Part shown: positions 7,815 through 17,223 of the stretch, one piece after another
Position numbering within the stretch: the stretch's first letter is position 1
How the letters are laid out: every line of letters starts with the position of its first letter
From: a virus
Taxonomy: Duplodnaviria; Caudoviricetes
Virus record (IMG/VR): IMGVR_UViG_3300035633_000546
Coordinates: 1 to 31,354 of that record
DNA length: 31,354 nt
Direction: 5' to 3' (one strand)
Program-made: the position numbers and the translations under genes
The notes under the pieces: model-generated
The model's database searches: none
Seen by the model: the letters and a program-made list of their open reading frames with translations, nothing else
Told to the model about the DNA's origin: nothing

Positions 7815-8744
7815 ATGTATTCACCTACTGCTATAAGAAGCCAATATTCAGATCTTTTTGGCGAATCTATGCTACCTGTTCTTGAGGAACTCTTTCGCCT
7901 AGAGTTTGAAAGACATCCTTCCAGAAGAGAACAGCTATTTAAAATAGTTCCCCATGATCGTGATATTTGGCAATACACGGAACTGCATGACTTAGATCTT
8001 TTTTCACAGATTGAAGAAGGTGCAGAATATAGTTTCAAACGAATGAAACAAGGTGCCAACAAAACCTTGACACCAAAGAAATTTGGACTTGGTTTTTCCA
8101 TTTCAGAGGAAATGGTTGATGACGGCAAATTTGATTACATCGCTGAATTAGTAAGAAAACTTGGACGTTCTGCTAGAGAATCCCAAGAAATTCAAGCTAT
8201 GGATGTATTGAATAAAGGTTTTACAACTGAATTAACTGCGGACGGCGTTTCACTTTTTAACGCTAATCATCCGCTACCATCTGGTGGTGTATACCGCAAT
8301 AAATTGTCAGTTGATGCCGATCTTTCTACTACTGCTTTAGACACCGCACTATCTGATTTCGAAACTCAGTTTGTTGGTGACAGCGGCATTATTTATCGTT
8401 TAATGCCTAAATTTTTGGTAGTTACCCCATCGCAACGACGTTTTGCAATGGAATTGATCGGTTCCGAATTGAAAGCTGAAACTGCTGATAACAACATGAA
8501 TCCATTTAAAATGGACGGATTACAGGTTGTTTCCAGTCCACATCTAACTGACCAAGATGCATGGTTCTTAATGGCTATGCCTGAAGACCACGGACTTCGT
8601 ATCGTGAGCAGGACTCCCATTGAAACAAAAGCTGCTGGTCCAGATGTAGGTTTTTCATCTGATTCAATTCTTTATAAAGCTCGTTATCGTGAAGACCTCG
8701 GTGCTATGCACGGATATGGTGCTTTCGGTTCAAAAGGAGCTTAA
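7815..8744 (+). CDS. Major capsid protein (HK97 fold, Mu gpT-like family)
   Basis: 309 aa; EGAEY, KFGLGFSISEEMVDD, DGVSLFNANHP, PKFLVV, SPHLTDQDAWFL motifs; followed by terminator. Confidence 0.9.
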   Translation: MYSPTAIRSQYSDLFGESMLPVLEELFRLEFERHPSRREQLFKIVPHDRDIWQYTELHDLDLFSQIEEGAEYSFKRMKQGANKTLTPKKFGLGFSISEEMVDDGKFDYIAELVRKLGRSARESQEIQAMDVLNKGFTTELTADGVSLFNANHPLPSGGVYRNKLSVDADLSTTALDTALSDFETQFVGDSGIIYRLMPKFLVVTPSQRRFAMELIGSELKAETADNNMNPFKMDGLQVVSSPHLTDQDAWFLMAMPEDHGLRIVSRTPIETKAAGPDVGFSSDSILYKARYREDLGAMHGYGAFGSKGA

Positions 8745-8755
8745 GTAAATTTAGT

Positions 8756-8795
8756 GAGGGGAAGTTCTTTGTTCCTTTCTACTTCCCCTCTTTTT
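8756..8795 (+). terminator. Rho-independent terminator after MCP
   Basis: Stem GAGGGGAAGT/ACTTCCCCTC (10 bp), 15-nt loop, TTTTT tail. Confidence 0.8.
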
Positions 8796-8842
8796 CCCCT
8801 AGACCTAAGGGTTTAGGACTGAAACATGACTAGGAGGATTCA

Positions 8843-9181
8843 ATGGGAAGATCAACTTTTTCAGGTCCAGTACGTTCCAAGAACGGTTTTGAATTTAGCG
8901 AATCTGGAACACAAATTACTAACATTGTTAAGGGCTCAGTTTCTGTAGATCCCGCAAGTATTGCTGCAAATGCTATGGCAGTTGTAGACGTTGCGGTAGT
9001 TGGCGCTGCAGTTGGTGATGTTGTAGTTATGATTCCACCCGCTGACTTGACTGCAGGGTTATTGAATGGTGCAGCTTATGTATCTGCCGCTGACCAAATC
9101 TCCGTACCAATTGCTAATATGACTGCTGCCCCTATCGATGAGGCTGCCGCAGATTGGTCCTATATTATAATTAAATCATAA
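8843..9181 (+). CDS. Putative capsid fibre/decoration protein
   Basis: N-terminal STFSGPVRSKNGF motif and a small Ala/Val-rich beta domain; first gene after MCP; AGGAGG RBS. Confidence 0.6.
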   Translation: MGRSTFSGPVRSKNGFEFSESGTQITNIVKGSVSVDPASIAANAMAVVDVAVVGAAVGDVVVMIPPADLTAGLLNGAAYVSAADQISVPIANMTAAPIDEAAADWSYIIIKS

Positions 9182-9196
9182 CTTATGAGGTAAGTC

Positions 9197-9511
9197 ATGG
9201 CACAAAAAATGTTTGCTGGTACGCCAGTTACGATAGCAACGGCTGGTACCGCAGTACCACTAAGTGCTACCCAGACGGCTGTGACTAGCATAATAATTGA
9301 AGCCGGGATGGATAATGTAGGCTATATTTATGTTGGAGATGACACGGTAGATTCTACCAACGGAATGGCGCTAGTAGCCGGACAAACTTTATCTATTACA
9401 TCGGATGAAATTCCACGACAACAGGATGAGATATACCTAAGCGATGTTTACGTGGATACAGACACCGATGGCTCAGTCGTAAAATTTTATTACATTAAGC
9501 GGAGGTTATAA
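9197..9511 (+). CDS. Small beta-sandwich virion protein (paralog of 13246..13581)
   Basis: TAGTAV...IIIEA...NVGYIYVGD..V...NG..L.AG motif shared with 13246..13581. Confidence 0.7.
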   Translation: MAQKMFAGTPVTIATAGTAVPLSATQTAVTSIIIEAGMDNVGYIYVGDDTVDSTNGMALVAGQTLSITSDEIPRQQDEIYLSDVYVDTDTDGSVVKFYYIKRRL

Positions 9512-12222
9512 TGCCAGTCATTAAAGGACTTAGTTTTATCGGTGTAACAGGCACTGGTACTGATAATCGTATTGCCAGGTGGGATGGTACTGATAATATC
9601 CAAGACAGTTTATGTGAAATAGATGACCTTGGAAATATGACAGTATATGGTAATTTAACCGTAAATGGTGACACTACCACACAAAATGTTACTACCTGGA
9701 CAGTTGAAGATAAAAATATTGAGATGGCGAAAGGTTCTGCCGATGGTGCTGCTGCCGATGGTGCTGGTATTACTGTTGATAGAGGATCAGACACTAATGC
9801 TAGCCTTATTTTTGATCATGCTTCTGAAAAGTGGCAAATTGGATTACTAGGGTCTGAAAGTGAAATTTTAGATATAGATAGCGAACAGACTCTAACTAAC
9901 AAAATCATTGGAAGTAATTTACCTTTTGTAGCAGACGGAGCACATGTACTAGGAAAGACAGTTGGCGGTGTTTTAGCTAGACCAGATATTGTACATGTTA
10001 AATCTGCGATAAAAGTTGGTGAAGAAGACACAGAAACGGGTAAATTATATTTAGGGGATTCAAACACCGGCTGGGGGCCAGGCGTATTTGGGGGAATTCA
10101 TCCCGACGGCTCAACACCCGCCGCCGGCTATTTATCACTTGCTAGTGGTTATGAGGCCGATGAAGAAACTGGTGCTCCGGTTAATATTAAAGCCATGGAC
10201 GGACAAAATACCGCTCTTGGTGGCCAAATTATCCTAAGCCCTGGTTTTGATCCAAATTGGCAATCTGGTATTGACCCCAATATGCAGCAAACTAGTGAAA
10301 TTGTTATAAAACGTGGTAATCTAGTTTGTAAAGCCAGTGAGGATGGATTTTATGAGTGGGGTGCATACCGAGATCATCTATATCCAGATCCAAACTTAGG
10401 GCGACCCAATAAAATTCATGTTTCAAATGAAATTTTAATTGGAGAACAAGAAGATGCTTCAGCTGGTCTAAACATTTGGATGTCATCTTTTGATAGCCGA
10501 ATTAGAGCTGCAGGGCCCGATGGCACGATGAAGATGCTAGGTGGCGCTGATTATGCTAATGGTGGAAATTCAGATGCTGGCTCAGTTAGTTTAGAGGCAG
10601 GTCGCGGCGGTTTCGATAAAGCTGGTGATTTTTCACTAAATACTACACAAAATGGCGGTAATATAATTTTACAGCCTGGTAACTGTAGAGACACGAATGG
10701 AGATTACGGTCGCGTAATTATTAGATCTTATGAGCATCCAGATGACCATGATCCATTTGACCCAAGCACCCCAAGAACTGAGCTTTTTGCATTTCTAGTA
10801 GACCACCGTGATGAGCCTGCGCTAAAAAGGGTTGATGTTACTTCAGGTGATGGTAATTTCTTTAAAATTGAAGGCTCCAATACACCTGATGTTGGCTCTT
10901 ATGGTGGAGATATTTCATTAATACCTGGTGGCGGAGATGATGAAACATATCGCGGTGATGTATTACATCGTGGTAATTTGATTTGCAGATATGATGGAAA
11001 CCAGGATGTACTCAGCGAACGAAGAAAATTCTGGGGTCGAGATAACCGAGGGGATTTTAAACGACCTTACCGTATTCATGCTGTAAATCGGTTAAAACTT
11101 GGTGAACGAACTGATTTATCTGGACCAGAAGAATGCGCAGTAACATTAGGCGGATTCGATGCCAGAATTCAATCAAACGCACCTGTGGAAGGTGATGCGA
11201 TTCATCTAGGCATTTATGGTGGAATTGATGACTCTAACGGCGGTGATGTAAGACTCTATGGTAGAGATGCAAACGACGCTGGTAGTATACAAATATACGG
11301 TGGAACATCTGCTGTTTCTTCAGCTGGTGGTAAAATTTCACTTACTGCTGGAACTGGAACCTCTAGACAAAATCACATAAGTATGGATGGAAATATTGCT
11401 TCATCACCTGAAGGTAGCCATGAGTGGGGTATAAAATCTGATGGTATTGAGTTAAGACGCCCAAACAAAGTTCACATTACATCTGAATTATTAGTTGGTG
11501 AGGACAGCGGTGAAAGTGGAACTATCTATTTAGGTGAGAATGCATCTTATATTACTGCTGGCAATGCCGGAGACTTAGATATAGATTCTTCAGCTAATGA
11601 TCAATCCATAGGATTAACTCCTGGGGCGACTAGTCATGTTGTACTAAATGGTTGGGTTCATGCGGGATTAGAGAGTCCTCTTAAAGAGTGGGGTAAAAAA
11701 CACTCAGGTCAATTAAGGCGTCCGGATAAAGTACACATTATTTCCGAATTATTGATTGGTGAAGACACTGGTGAAGAGGGTTCGGTTAAATTAGGTGATA
11801 GCGGTAATGTAGACCTTACTAGCAATTCTGGCGTATTAGAAATTACTGCTTCAGAAGTTCAAACTAGTGCTAATTTAGAAGTTCTAGGACAAGCCTGGAG
11901 TGCTCAAGATACTGAAAGTGGTTCGGGAACAACTCATACGATTGATTGGGATGATGGAAATTCTACGGTTTTAGATTTAGACGATTTTACAGGAGATGTT
12001 ACTTTAACTTTATCAAACCCCCAAAGTGGTGCATCGTACGTTATAAAAGTTATACAGGATTCGTCGGATACTAATGACTATGATATAGTTTGGCCGGGTA
12101 GTGTTTTATGGCCAGGTGGTACGCCCCCGGTAATAACACAAACCTCAGATGCAATTGACGTAATTTCACTTTATTATGATGGTACAAATTATCTAGGCGC
12201 GTATAGTCAAGATGTAAAATAA
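9511..12222 (+). CDS. Long tail fibre/spike protein with five internal repeats
   Basis: 903 aa Gly/Asp-rich; N-terminal GNLTVNG..T...VEDKNIE...ADGAGITV; five WG..RPxxVH...GE repeats; C-terminal TIDWDDGN...WPGGTPP...YDGTNY fibre-tip domain. Confidence 0.8.
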   Translation: MPVIKGLSFIGVTGTGTDNRIARWDGTDNIQDSLCEIDDLGNMTVYGNLTVNGDTTTQNVTTWTVEDKNIEMAKGSADGAAADGAGITVDRGSDTNASLIFDHASEKWQIGLLGSESEILDIDSEQTLTNKIIGSNLPFVADGAHVLGKTVGGVLARPDIVHVKSAIKVGEEDTETGKLYLGDSNTGWGPGVFGGIHPDGSTPAAGYLSLASGYEADEETGAPVNIKAMDGQNTALGGQIILSPGFDPNWQSGIDPNMQQTSEIVIKRGNLVCKASEDGFYEWGAYRDHLYPDPNLGRPNKIHVSNEILIGEQEDASAGLNIWMSSFDSRIRAAGPDGTMKMLGGADYANGGNSDAGSVSLEAGRGGFDKAGDFSLNTTQNGGNIILQPGNCRDTNGDYGRVIIRSYEHPDDHDPFDPSTPRTELFAFLVDHRDEPALKRVDVTSGDGNFFKIEGSNTPDVGSYGGDISLIPGGGDDETYRGDVLHRGNLICRYDGNQDVLSERRKFWGRDNRGDFKRPYRIHAVNRLKLGERTDLSGPEECAVTLGGFDARIQSNAPVEGDAIHLGIYGGIDDSNGGDVRLYGRDANDAGSIQIYGGTSAVSSAGGKISLTAGTGTSRQNHISMDGNIASSPEGSHEWGIKSDGIELRRPNKVHITSELLVGEDSGESGTIYLGENASYITAGNAGDLDIDSSANDQSIGLTPGATSHVVLNGWVHAGLESPLKEWGKKHSGQLRRPDKVHIISELLIGEDTGEEGSVKLGDSGNVDLTSNSGVLEITASEVQTSANLEVLGQAWSAQDTESGSGTTHTIDWDDGNSTVLDLDDFTGDVTLTLSNPQSGASYVIKVIQDSSDTNDYDIVWPGSVLWPGGTPPVITQTSDAIDVISLYYDGTNYLGAYSQDVK

Positions 12223-12232
12223 GGGGGATAAT

Positions 12233-13000
12233 ATGATTCACCATCAATATCAAGGTGTCGTATCAGATTTATTGCGTACATCTAATAGTGGTCCAGCTGA
12301 ATATTCATTGGATTTAGATACTACTAAATATGCTGACTTTGGACGTATTTTAGAGTGGACACATCTAACACCTATGGCTTTTTATTTCTGGCTAAAACCC
12401 ACTAGTTTTGGCGGAGATCAGGTTTTTTGGTCCAAAAAAGATGGCACCCAAGAAGGTTGGTTGATTCATTATAGAGGAACAAAAGTACAAATTTATGTGA
12501 CAAATGGAGGCTGGTGCTTAGTTGAAAGCAGTGTTGCAGACTCTGTTGACGTTTGGACTCAATATCTTATAACATACGATGGAGTAAACCCTAATAATAA
12601 TGGCTTTAAGGTCTACCGTAATAATGTGGATGTTACTAGTATAAACGCAGGGAGTGGAGACATAACTGATATAGTACATAATACCCCGATGCGAATAGGT
12701 AAAGCGGCAGCCGCGTCTTGGGGAGTTTATGACGGAATCTTGGGCCCTTGTGCTGCCATACCGTGGCTTCCTAGCGCCGCAGAACGCACCGAAATGTATA
12801 ACGGCGGAAAATTCTTTGATTTTACAACTTTTGTAGGAGACTCCGGAACTGCCTGGGCAGATATGCAGACCTCAAGTTTGGGATTTTATGTAAATTATCT
12901 AGCAGACAATGTTGGCACCAGTATTACAGATTTGGCTCGCGGTGCGGTGGGAACATCGGTCAATATGGTTGATGGCGATAAGGTAGAAGATTCTCCGTAA
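12233..13000 (+). CDS. LamG/concanavalin A-like lectin domain protein (candidate receptor-binding)
   Basis: YSLDLD, FWLKP, WTQYLITYDG, KVYRNN, MRIG, MYNGG pattern of LamG-like jelly rolls; follows the fibre gene. Confidence 0.75.
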   Translation: MIHHQYQGVVSDLLRTSNSGPAEYSLDLDTTKYADFGRILEWTHLTPMAFYFWLKPTSFGGDQVFWSKKDGTQEGWLIHYRGTKVQIYVTNGGWCLVESSVADSVDVWTQYLITYDGVNPNNNGFKVYRNNVDVTSINAGSGDITDIVHNTPMRIGKAAAASWGVYDGILGPCAAIPWLPSAAERTEMYNGGKFFDFTTFVGDSGTAWADMQTSSLGFYVNYLADNVGTSITDLARGAVGTSVNMVDGDKVEDSP

Positions 13001-13005
13001 TGCAC

Positions 13006-13034
13006 TTGCTTTTGAGACTGAGATTGCTTAAAAT
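13006..13034 (+). promoter_or_regulatory. Sigma-70-like promoter inside the structural region
   Basis: TTGCTT-17 nt-TAAAAT in the intergenic gap, upstream of AAGGAG RBS. Confidence 0.5.
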
Positions 13035-13065
13035 AGTCATGTAACCCTAAACCGAAGGAGATTGC

Positions 13066-13245
13066 ATGAAATATGTTAAATTAGAAGTTAGCTTATTTGA
13101 AAGACTTTTTTCATTAGCTGGTTCTGGCTCTTATTTAAAAACTGCCGCATTACTTAATGAAGTAACTAAAAATATTGAAGTAATTGATGATGAAGGTCGA
13201 CCCATTGCGGAAGAATCAGAATCCGAGGAGAATAGCGAAGAATAA
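13066..13245 (+). CDS. 59-aa protein with acidic tail (possible fibre-assembly chaperone)
   Basis: AAGGAG RBS, MKYVKLEVSLFERLF...EESESEENSEE; stop abuts next ATG; not in the ORF track; function inferred from position only. Confidence 0.7.
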   Translation: MKYVKLEVSLFERLFSLAGSGSYLKTAALLNEVTKNIEVIDDEGRPIAEESESEENSEE

Positions 13246-13581
13246 ATGGCTGTAAGATTAATAACTGGAAGTACTGTGACGGTAACTGCGGCTGGGACTG
13301 CAGTAATAGTTGACACCACGGTTCCGCCGCAAAAGGCCGTATCCAGTGTATTAATACAAGCCGACTTTGCAAATACTGGTCGTGTATATGTTGGTGATGA
13401 GAATGTCACCGCAGAGAATGGATATTTTCTTGAGCCTGGAAATTCTATTGAAATTTCTGGAGACAATAGAACCCTAGGTCAAGATGAAGTTATACTAACA
13501 GATTTATATATAGATGCCGACAACGCTGGCTCAAAAGTCAGGGTCGGATTTTTTGTTAAAAGAAAAGGCCCGAATTGGTAG
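13246..13581 (+). CDS. Small beta-sandwich virion protein (paralog of 9197..9511)
   Basis: AAGTAV...VLIQA...NTGRVYVGD..V...NG..LEPG...QDE..L.D.Y.D.D. Confidence 0.7.
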   Translation: MAVRLITGSTVTVTAAGTAVIVDTTVPPQKAVSSVLIQADFANTGRVYVGDENVTAENGYFLEPGNSIEISGDNRTLGQDEVILTDLYIDADNAGSKVRVGFFVKRKGPNW

Positions 13582-13588
13582 GTAGATA

Positions 13589-14038
13589 ATGTCGATTAGT
13601 ATACGAGGCGGATCACAGGTTAGCATCAGCGAACCGGCTGAAGTTATTATTGATCATACCAATGATTCAATTCGTATAGGTGATGGAACAGATTTAGTTG
13701 GTACAACTAGTGTCTGTGATGAAGTCGGACTAAATGTTTACCCATTAGATGTTCCTAATGATCGCGAGATTTTACCCCAAACAATGGTTTTAGCCGATAC
13801 AGAGGTGGCAATTGCTGTGCCTGCAAACACTAAAATGTTTTCTGTTAAAATAAGAGGTGCAGCATCGAAATACAGAATAGCATATTCAGCTGGTGAGACT
13901 GCAACAAATTATATAGAATATCTTCGAGGTTCGATTTATCAGTCACCCACCTTTCATGTAGGGAGCTTGAGCACGGTTTACCTGCGAACTGATAAGCCGA
14001 ATGTTATCGCAGAATTTGAATTTTGGAAGTGCTCGTAG
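13589..14038 (+). CDS. Putative virion beta-sandwich protein
   Basis: 149 aa beta-rich; C-terminal ~90 aa loosely resembles neighbouring small domains. Confidence 0.6.
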   Translation: MSISIRGGSQVSISEPAEVIIDHTNDSIRIGDGTDLVGTTSVCDEVGLNVYPLDVPNDREILPQTMVLADTEVAIAVPANTKMFSVKIRGAASKYRIAYSAGETATNYIEYLRGSIYQSPTFHVGSLSTVYLRTDKPNVIAEFEFWKCS

Positions 14039-14048
14039 GAGGATATAA

Positions 14049-15194
14049 ATGGCAAGTATTGGAAATGTAGGAAAAGACCTTCTAGTTCTTGACCCAACTC
14101 TATTGAGTGAAAGTGATAATGTCGGAGCGTATTTACGTTCTAGTGACGGAACACTTTTAACACACAGTACAGTTAACGCAAAAGAAAGCCTTGATGTCAA
14201 TCTAAGCCAATTAGATGCTGATGCTACTGCCGAAGTGTTTGGCCTTTATAATGAAGACGAGGCCCACGATAGTGGAGATCGCGGTCAATTTGTTATGGCT
14301 GTACAGCAAGCTACTAAAGCTTCATTTGGTGATGAAGGGGACTATGTTCCTTTCCAAATGAATGATAGTGGTGAGTTATATGTTATTGACGAAGATGCAC
14401 ACACTAAATTGGATTCAGTAATTAGTGAACTTCAAGATATTGAAACAGATGTTGAATCAGTAAATACTAATCTTACTACGGTTATTTCTGAATTACAGGA
14501 TATTGAAACTGACGTTGAAAGTGCAGTAAGTCAACTACAGGATATTAATACTGAATTAGATAATATCTATGTTGAGGCACAAAAAATTGATGATGTTCAA
14601 TATGCTGAAGATTCTGGCCACATCTCTGGTGATAGCGGTAATTTTGTATTAGCAGTTGCCAATCATACTGAAGGCCCACTTCATGACACCGATGGCGATT
14701 ATGCACCATTTCAAGTTGATAATCAGGGCCGTTTACGTGTTATTGCTGATCTTGATGCATCTGAAATGGCTGGTGATGTTGCTGATGATGATATAGATTC
14801 TGGAAATCCAGTAAAAATCGGTTTTAAAGCATATAGTGGCCCATTAGGTGCTCTTAGTGCTTCTGGTGACCGAGCTGACGGTATTTCCGATCTCTATCGT
14901 AGACAGTATGTTACTACTAGTTCTAACATTGGCATTGCAGCTGGTACTGTAAGTGTTAGTGATAGTGAAACTCAACTTTTTGCTGGTGTAGCAAATTTAG
15001 CTGGTAGAAGAAGCATCATGATTCAGAATCTTGGAACTAGAGCTATCTACATCGGACCTACTGGTGTTACTACTGCGAATGGTATTCGTATTGCTCGCGG
15101 TGCAAATATGCCTGTAGAAATCGGTGAAGACTTAGACATTTATGCAATAGCTGCTGCTGGCGCACAAGATGTTCGGGTTATGGAAATAGGCTAA
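14049..15194 (+). CDS. Fibre-like virion protein with repeats, coiled coil and C-terminal beta-sandwich
   Basis: Two YxED..H.SGD.G.FV.AV...GDY.PFQ repeats flanking heptad repeats (VISELQDIETDVES x2); AGGAGG RBS; terminator follows. Confidence 0.7.
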   Translation: MASIGNVGKDLLVLDPTLLSESDNVGAYLRSSDGTLLTHSTVNAKESLDVNLSQLDADATAEVFGLYNEDEAHDSGDRGQFVMAVQQATKASFGDEGDYVPFQMNDSGELYVIDEDAHTKLDSVISELQDIETDVESVNTNLTTVISELQDIETDVESAVSQLQDINTELDNIYVEAQKIDDVQYAEDSGHISGDSGNFVLAVANHTEGPLHDTDGDYAPFQVDNQGRLRVIADLDASEMAGDVADDDIDSGNPVKIGFKAYSGPLGALSASGDRADGISDLYRRQYVTTSSNIGIAAGTVSVSDSETQLFAGVANLAGRRSIMIQNLGTRAIYIGPTGVTTANGIRIARGANMPVEIGEDLDIYAIAAAGAQDVRVMEIG

Positions 15195-15208
15195 ATTAAC
15201 TCTTTCAT

Positions 15209-15235
15209 GTGGGGGGCTTCGGCCCCCTACTTTTT
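15209..15235 (+). terminator. Rho-independent terminator
   Basis: GTGGGGGGC-TTCG-GCCCCCTAC followed by TTTTT; cUUCGg tetraloop. Confidence 0.9.
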
Positions 15236-15246
15236 ATAGGTTTTTA

Positions 15247-15570
15247 ATGGGCGGTATAGGATCAATCGGATATAATCCTGATAAGGCTGATGTAGTTGAT
15301 ACCGATTATCAAACCGCGTCCGTTGCCGTTTCTACCTCTCAAGTAGAAGCAAAAACTGATACGTCCACATTAGACAGTCGTCAACTATTGACGATTAGTA
15401 ATAAAGGCCCTAATACCCTGTATTATGGTCCTAGCGGAGTTACGGCAAGTACAGGCGATTTTTTACTTAGAGGGCAAACTGTAGCATTATATGTTGGCCC
15501 GAATATAAGTGTATATATGATCTGCGCTACCGGAAAAAGTGCTACGGCTATTGTACAGGAGTATTCTTAA
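15247..15570 (+). CDS. Small beta-sandwich virion protein (paralog of C-terminal domain of 14049..15194)
   Basis: SVAVSTS...RQLLTISNKGPNTLYYGPSGVT..TG aligns with TVSVSDS...RRSIMIQNLGTRAIYIGPTGVT..NG. Confidence 0.7.
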   Translation: MGGIGSIGYNPDKADVVDTDYQTASVAVSTSQVEAKTDTSTLDSRQLLTISNKGPNTLYYGPSGVTASTGDFLLRGQTVALYVGPNISVYMICATGKSATAIVQEYS

Positions 15571-16133
15571 TGTGGAAAAAAAATGGCGGAACTACTCAAA
15601 TCATCGGCTCCGATGAGGAAAACATTATTGGCAATACTGGAGATCGATTAAAAGTTGACGCCCAGTTTAATGTTACGACTACAAATATTTCATTCCAAAC
15701 TAATCAACTTATTTATGATGATATGAATGCCTCTACTGGGGGTGTTGCAAGAGAAACAATTATCACATCATCCACCTGGGTAGATGTTTATTCTTATTCT
15801 GGTACGGGTTATATACATGCCTTTTTAGTAAATATAGAAGACGAAAAGAAATGGAGAATTCGCCTTGTTGTAGATGGAGTTGACATTTTTGGTGCAGCTG
15901 GGGTATTAACTGCAGATATACACGATGACGATGTGTATGACCTTACCAATAATGATAAAAATTACACTGGAATTGGATTAGAGGCAGGGGAGCACGATAC
16001 AATAATTTGGCAGGCACCAAATAATTTTCCTGTACGATTTAATACCAGTGTTACAGTGAAATTAAAGCGGGACACTGGAGAAAGCAATAAGAAATTCCGG
16101 GCGGGGCTTGTAACCTTAATTAAGGAAAGTTAA
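15570..16133 (+). CDS. Putative virion fibre-associated protein
   Basis: 187 aa beta-rich, TAATG-coupled, within the structural block. Confidence 0.6.
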   Translation: MWKKNGGTTQIIGSDEENIIGNTGDRLKVDAQFNVTTTNISFQTNQLIYDDMNASTGGVARETIITSSTWVDVYSYSGTGYIHAFLVNIEDEKKWRIRLVVDGVDIFGAAGVLTADIHDDDVYDLTNNDKNYTGIGLEAGEHDTIIWQAPNNFPVRFNTSVTVKLKRDTGESNKKFRAGLVTLIKES

Positions 16134-16134
16134 C

Positions 16135-16782
16135 ATGTTACTTACTGTTACATGGGCAGAGATAAAATCACATATAGATTCTAGGTCTATACCTCTGCGA
16201 TACATTGAAAAAAATTCACATTATCAACTGGTTGCAAATGATGGCTTTGTAGACCTTACATGTCGTTTAGATAAAAATCCAACCGATACTACTGATTTAT
16301 TAGATTTTGAACAAAATTACAAATCTGCAGCCAATGCACCCCAACCCCTGGAAGTAGTAAGCCAATTTGAAAAAGATACCATAGTTTTAAAAACATGTTG
16401 CCTGAGCAAAGAAACAACCAATCAAGAAGTAACCCTGGAATTTAAAGTACCTGGAACATATGGCTCAGATTGGCGATACATCCGTGGTGGTGAAGCTTGG
16501 TTTGGAACCTCTACTTTAGGAGACAAAGTTACAGATATACATGTAGTAGACAAGGATAATATTACTGGTTTAGGAGTTGGAGCGATACTTAAATCATACA
16601 CAGATGTTGCTGTAGCAAACCATCAAAATAGTGGCTGGTTTATTAAAGATGTAGCCAGTATAAGGACTATAACGGGTATGGGAAGTCTTCCAGCCCAATT
16701 ATATCTACAGATTACCGCTGTAAAGGCAGGTGGTGCTGAGGATACACTCTATGTAAACTTGTTATGGGGCAGGGAAGAATAA
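16135..16782 (+). CDS. Hypothetical protein (probable virion component)
   Basis: 215 aa ORF packed within the structural operon. Confidence 0.6.
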   Translation: MLLTVTWAEIKSHIDSRSIPLRYIEKNSHYQLVANDGFVDLTCRLDKNPTDTTDLLDFEQNYKSAANAPQPLEVVSQFEKDTIVLKTCCLSKETTNQEVTLEFKVPGTYGSDWRYIRGGEAWFGTSTLGDKVTDIHVVDKDNITGLGVGAILKSYTDVAVANHQNSGWFIKDVASIRTITGMGSLPAQLYLQITAVKAGGAEDTLYVNLLWGREE

Positions 16783-16810
16783 AAAAATATTTCAGTATTA
16801 AGGAGACATT

Positions 16811-17086
16811 ATGAAATTTACTGAATTAACCGAAAAAGATGTTGGACATGTAAAAAATCTAATAACTTCAATAGCTAAGGGAAAATATGAATTCTCTGGC
16901 ATTGAAGCCATGGCTTTTACTGTAGCGTGTCAATGGTTTAATCAGGTGTATGCTCAAATGGAAGCAGACCTAAGAACCAAAAAGGCGTTAAGTGATTCTG
17001 TAATGAAGGAAGCTAAGAAGCCGGATTTAAACCCAAAACCAGCCCCTAAGAAAAAAGCTAAAAGTAGAAAGAAGAAAGCTAAGTAA
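16811..17086 (+). CDS. Hypothetical protein with Lys-rich tail
   Basis: AAGGAG RBS; 91 aa helical, ends PKKKAKSRKKKAK. Confidence 0.7.
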   Translation: MKFTELTEKDVGHVKNLITSIAKGKYEFSGIEAMAFTVACQWFNQVYAQMEADLRTKKALSDSVMKEAKKPDLNPKPAPKKKAKSRKKKAK

Positions 17087-17223
17087 TGGGTTATACTAAG
17101 AGATATAGGCAACGACGCAAGGTTCAAAAAAGAGTTAAAATTAATTATTTTTTATTCGGTATGCTGGCAGGTAGCATATTGATGTTATTACGTTTTTTGG
17201 TGTATTTACAATGGCAAATGTAA
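17086..17223 (+). CDS. 45-aa single-pass membrane protein
   Basis: TAATG-coupled; MGYTKRYRQRRKVQKRVK then hydrophobic INYFLFGMLAGSILMLLRFLVYL; fills the intergenic gap; not in the ORF track. Confidence 0.55.
   Translation: MGYTKRYRQRRKVQKRVKINYFLFGMLAGSILMLLRFLVYLQWQM

Noticed and set aside
8720-8850. Programmed frameshift or read-through extending the major capsid protein
   Set aside because: No slippery heptamer before the TAA, and a terminator follows
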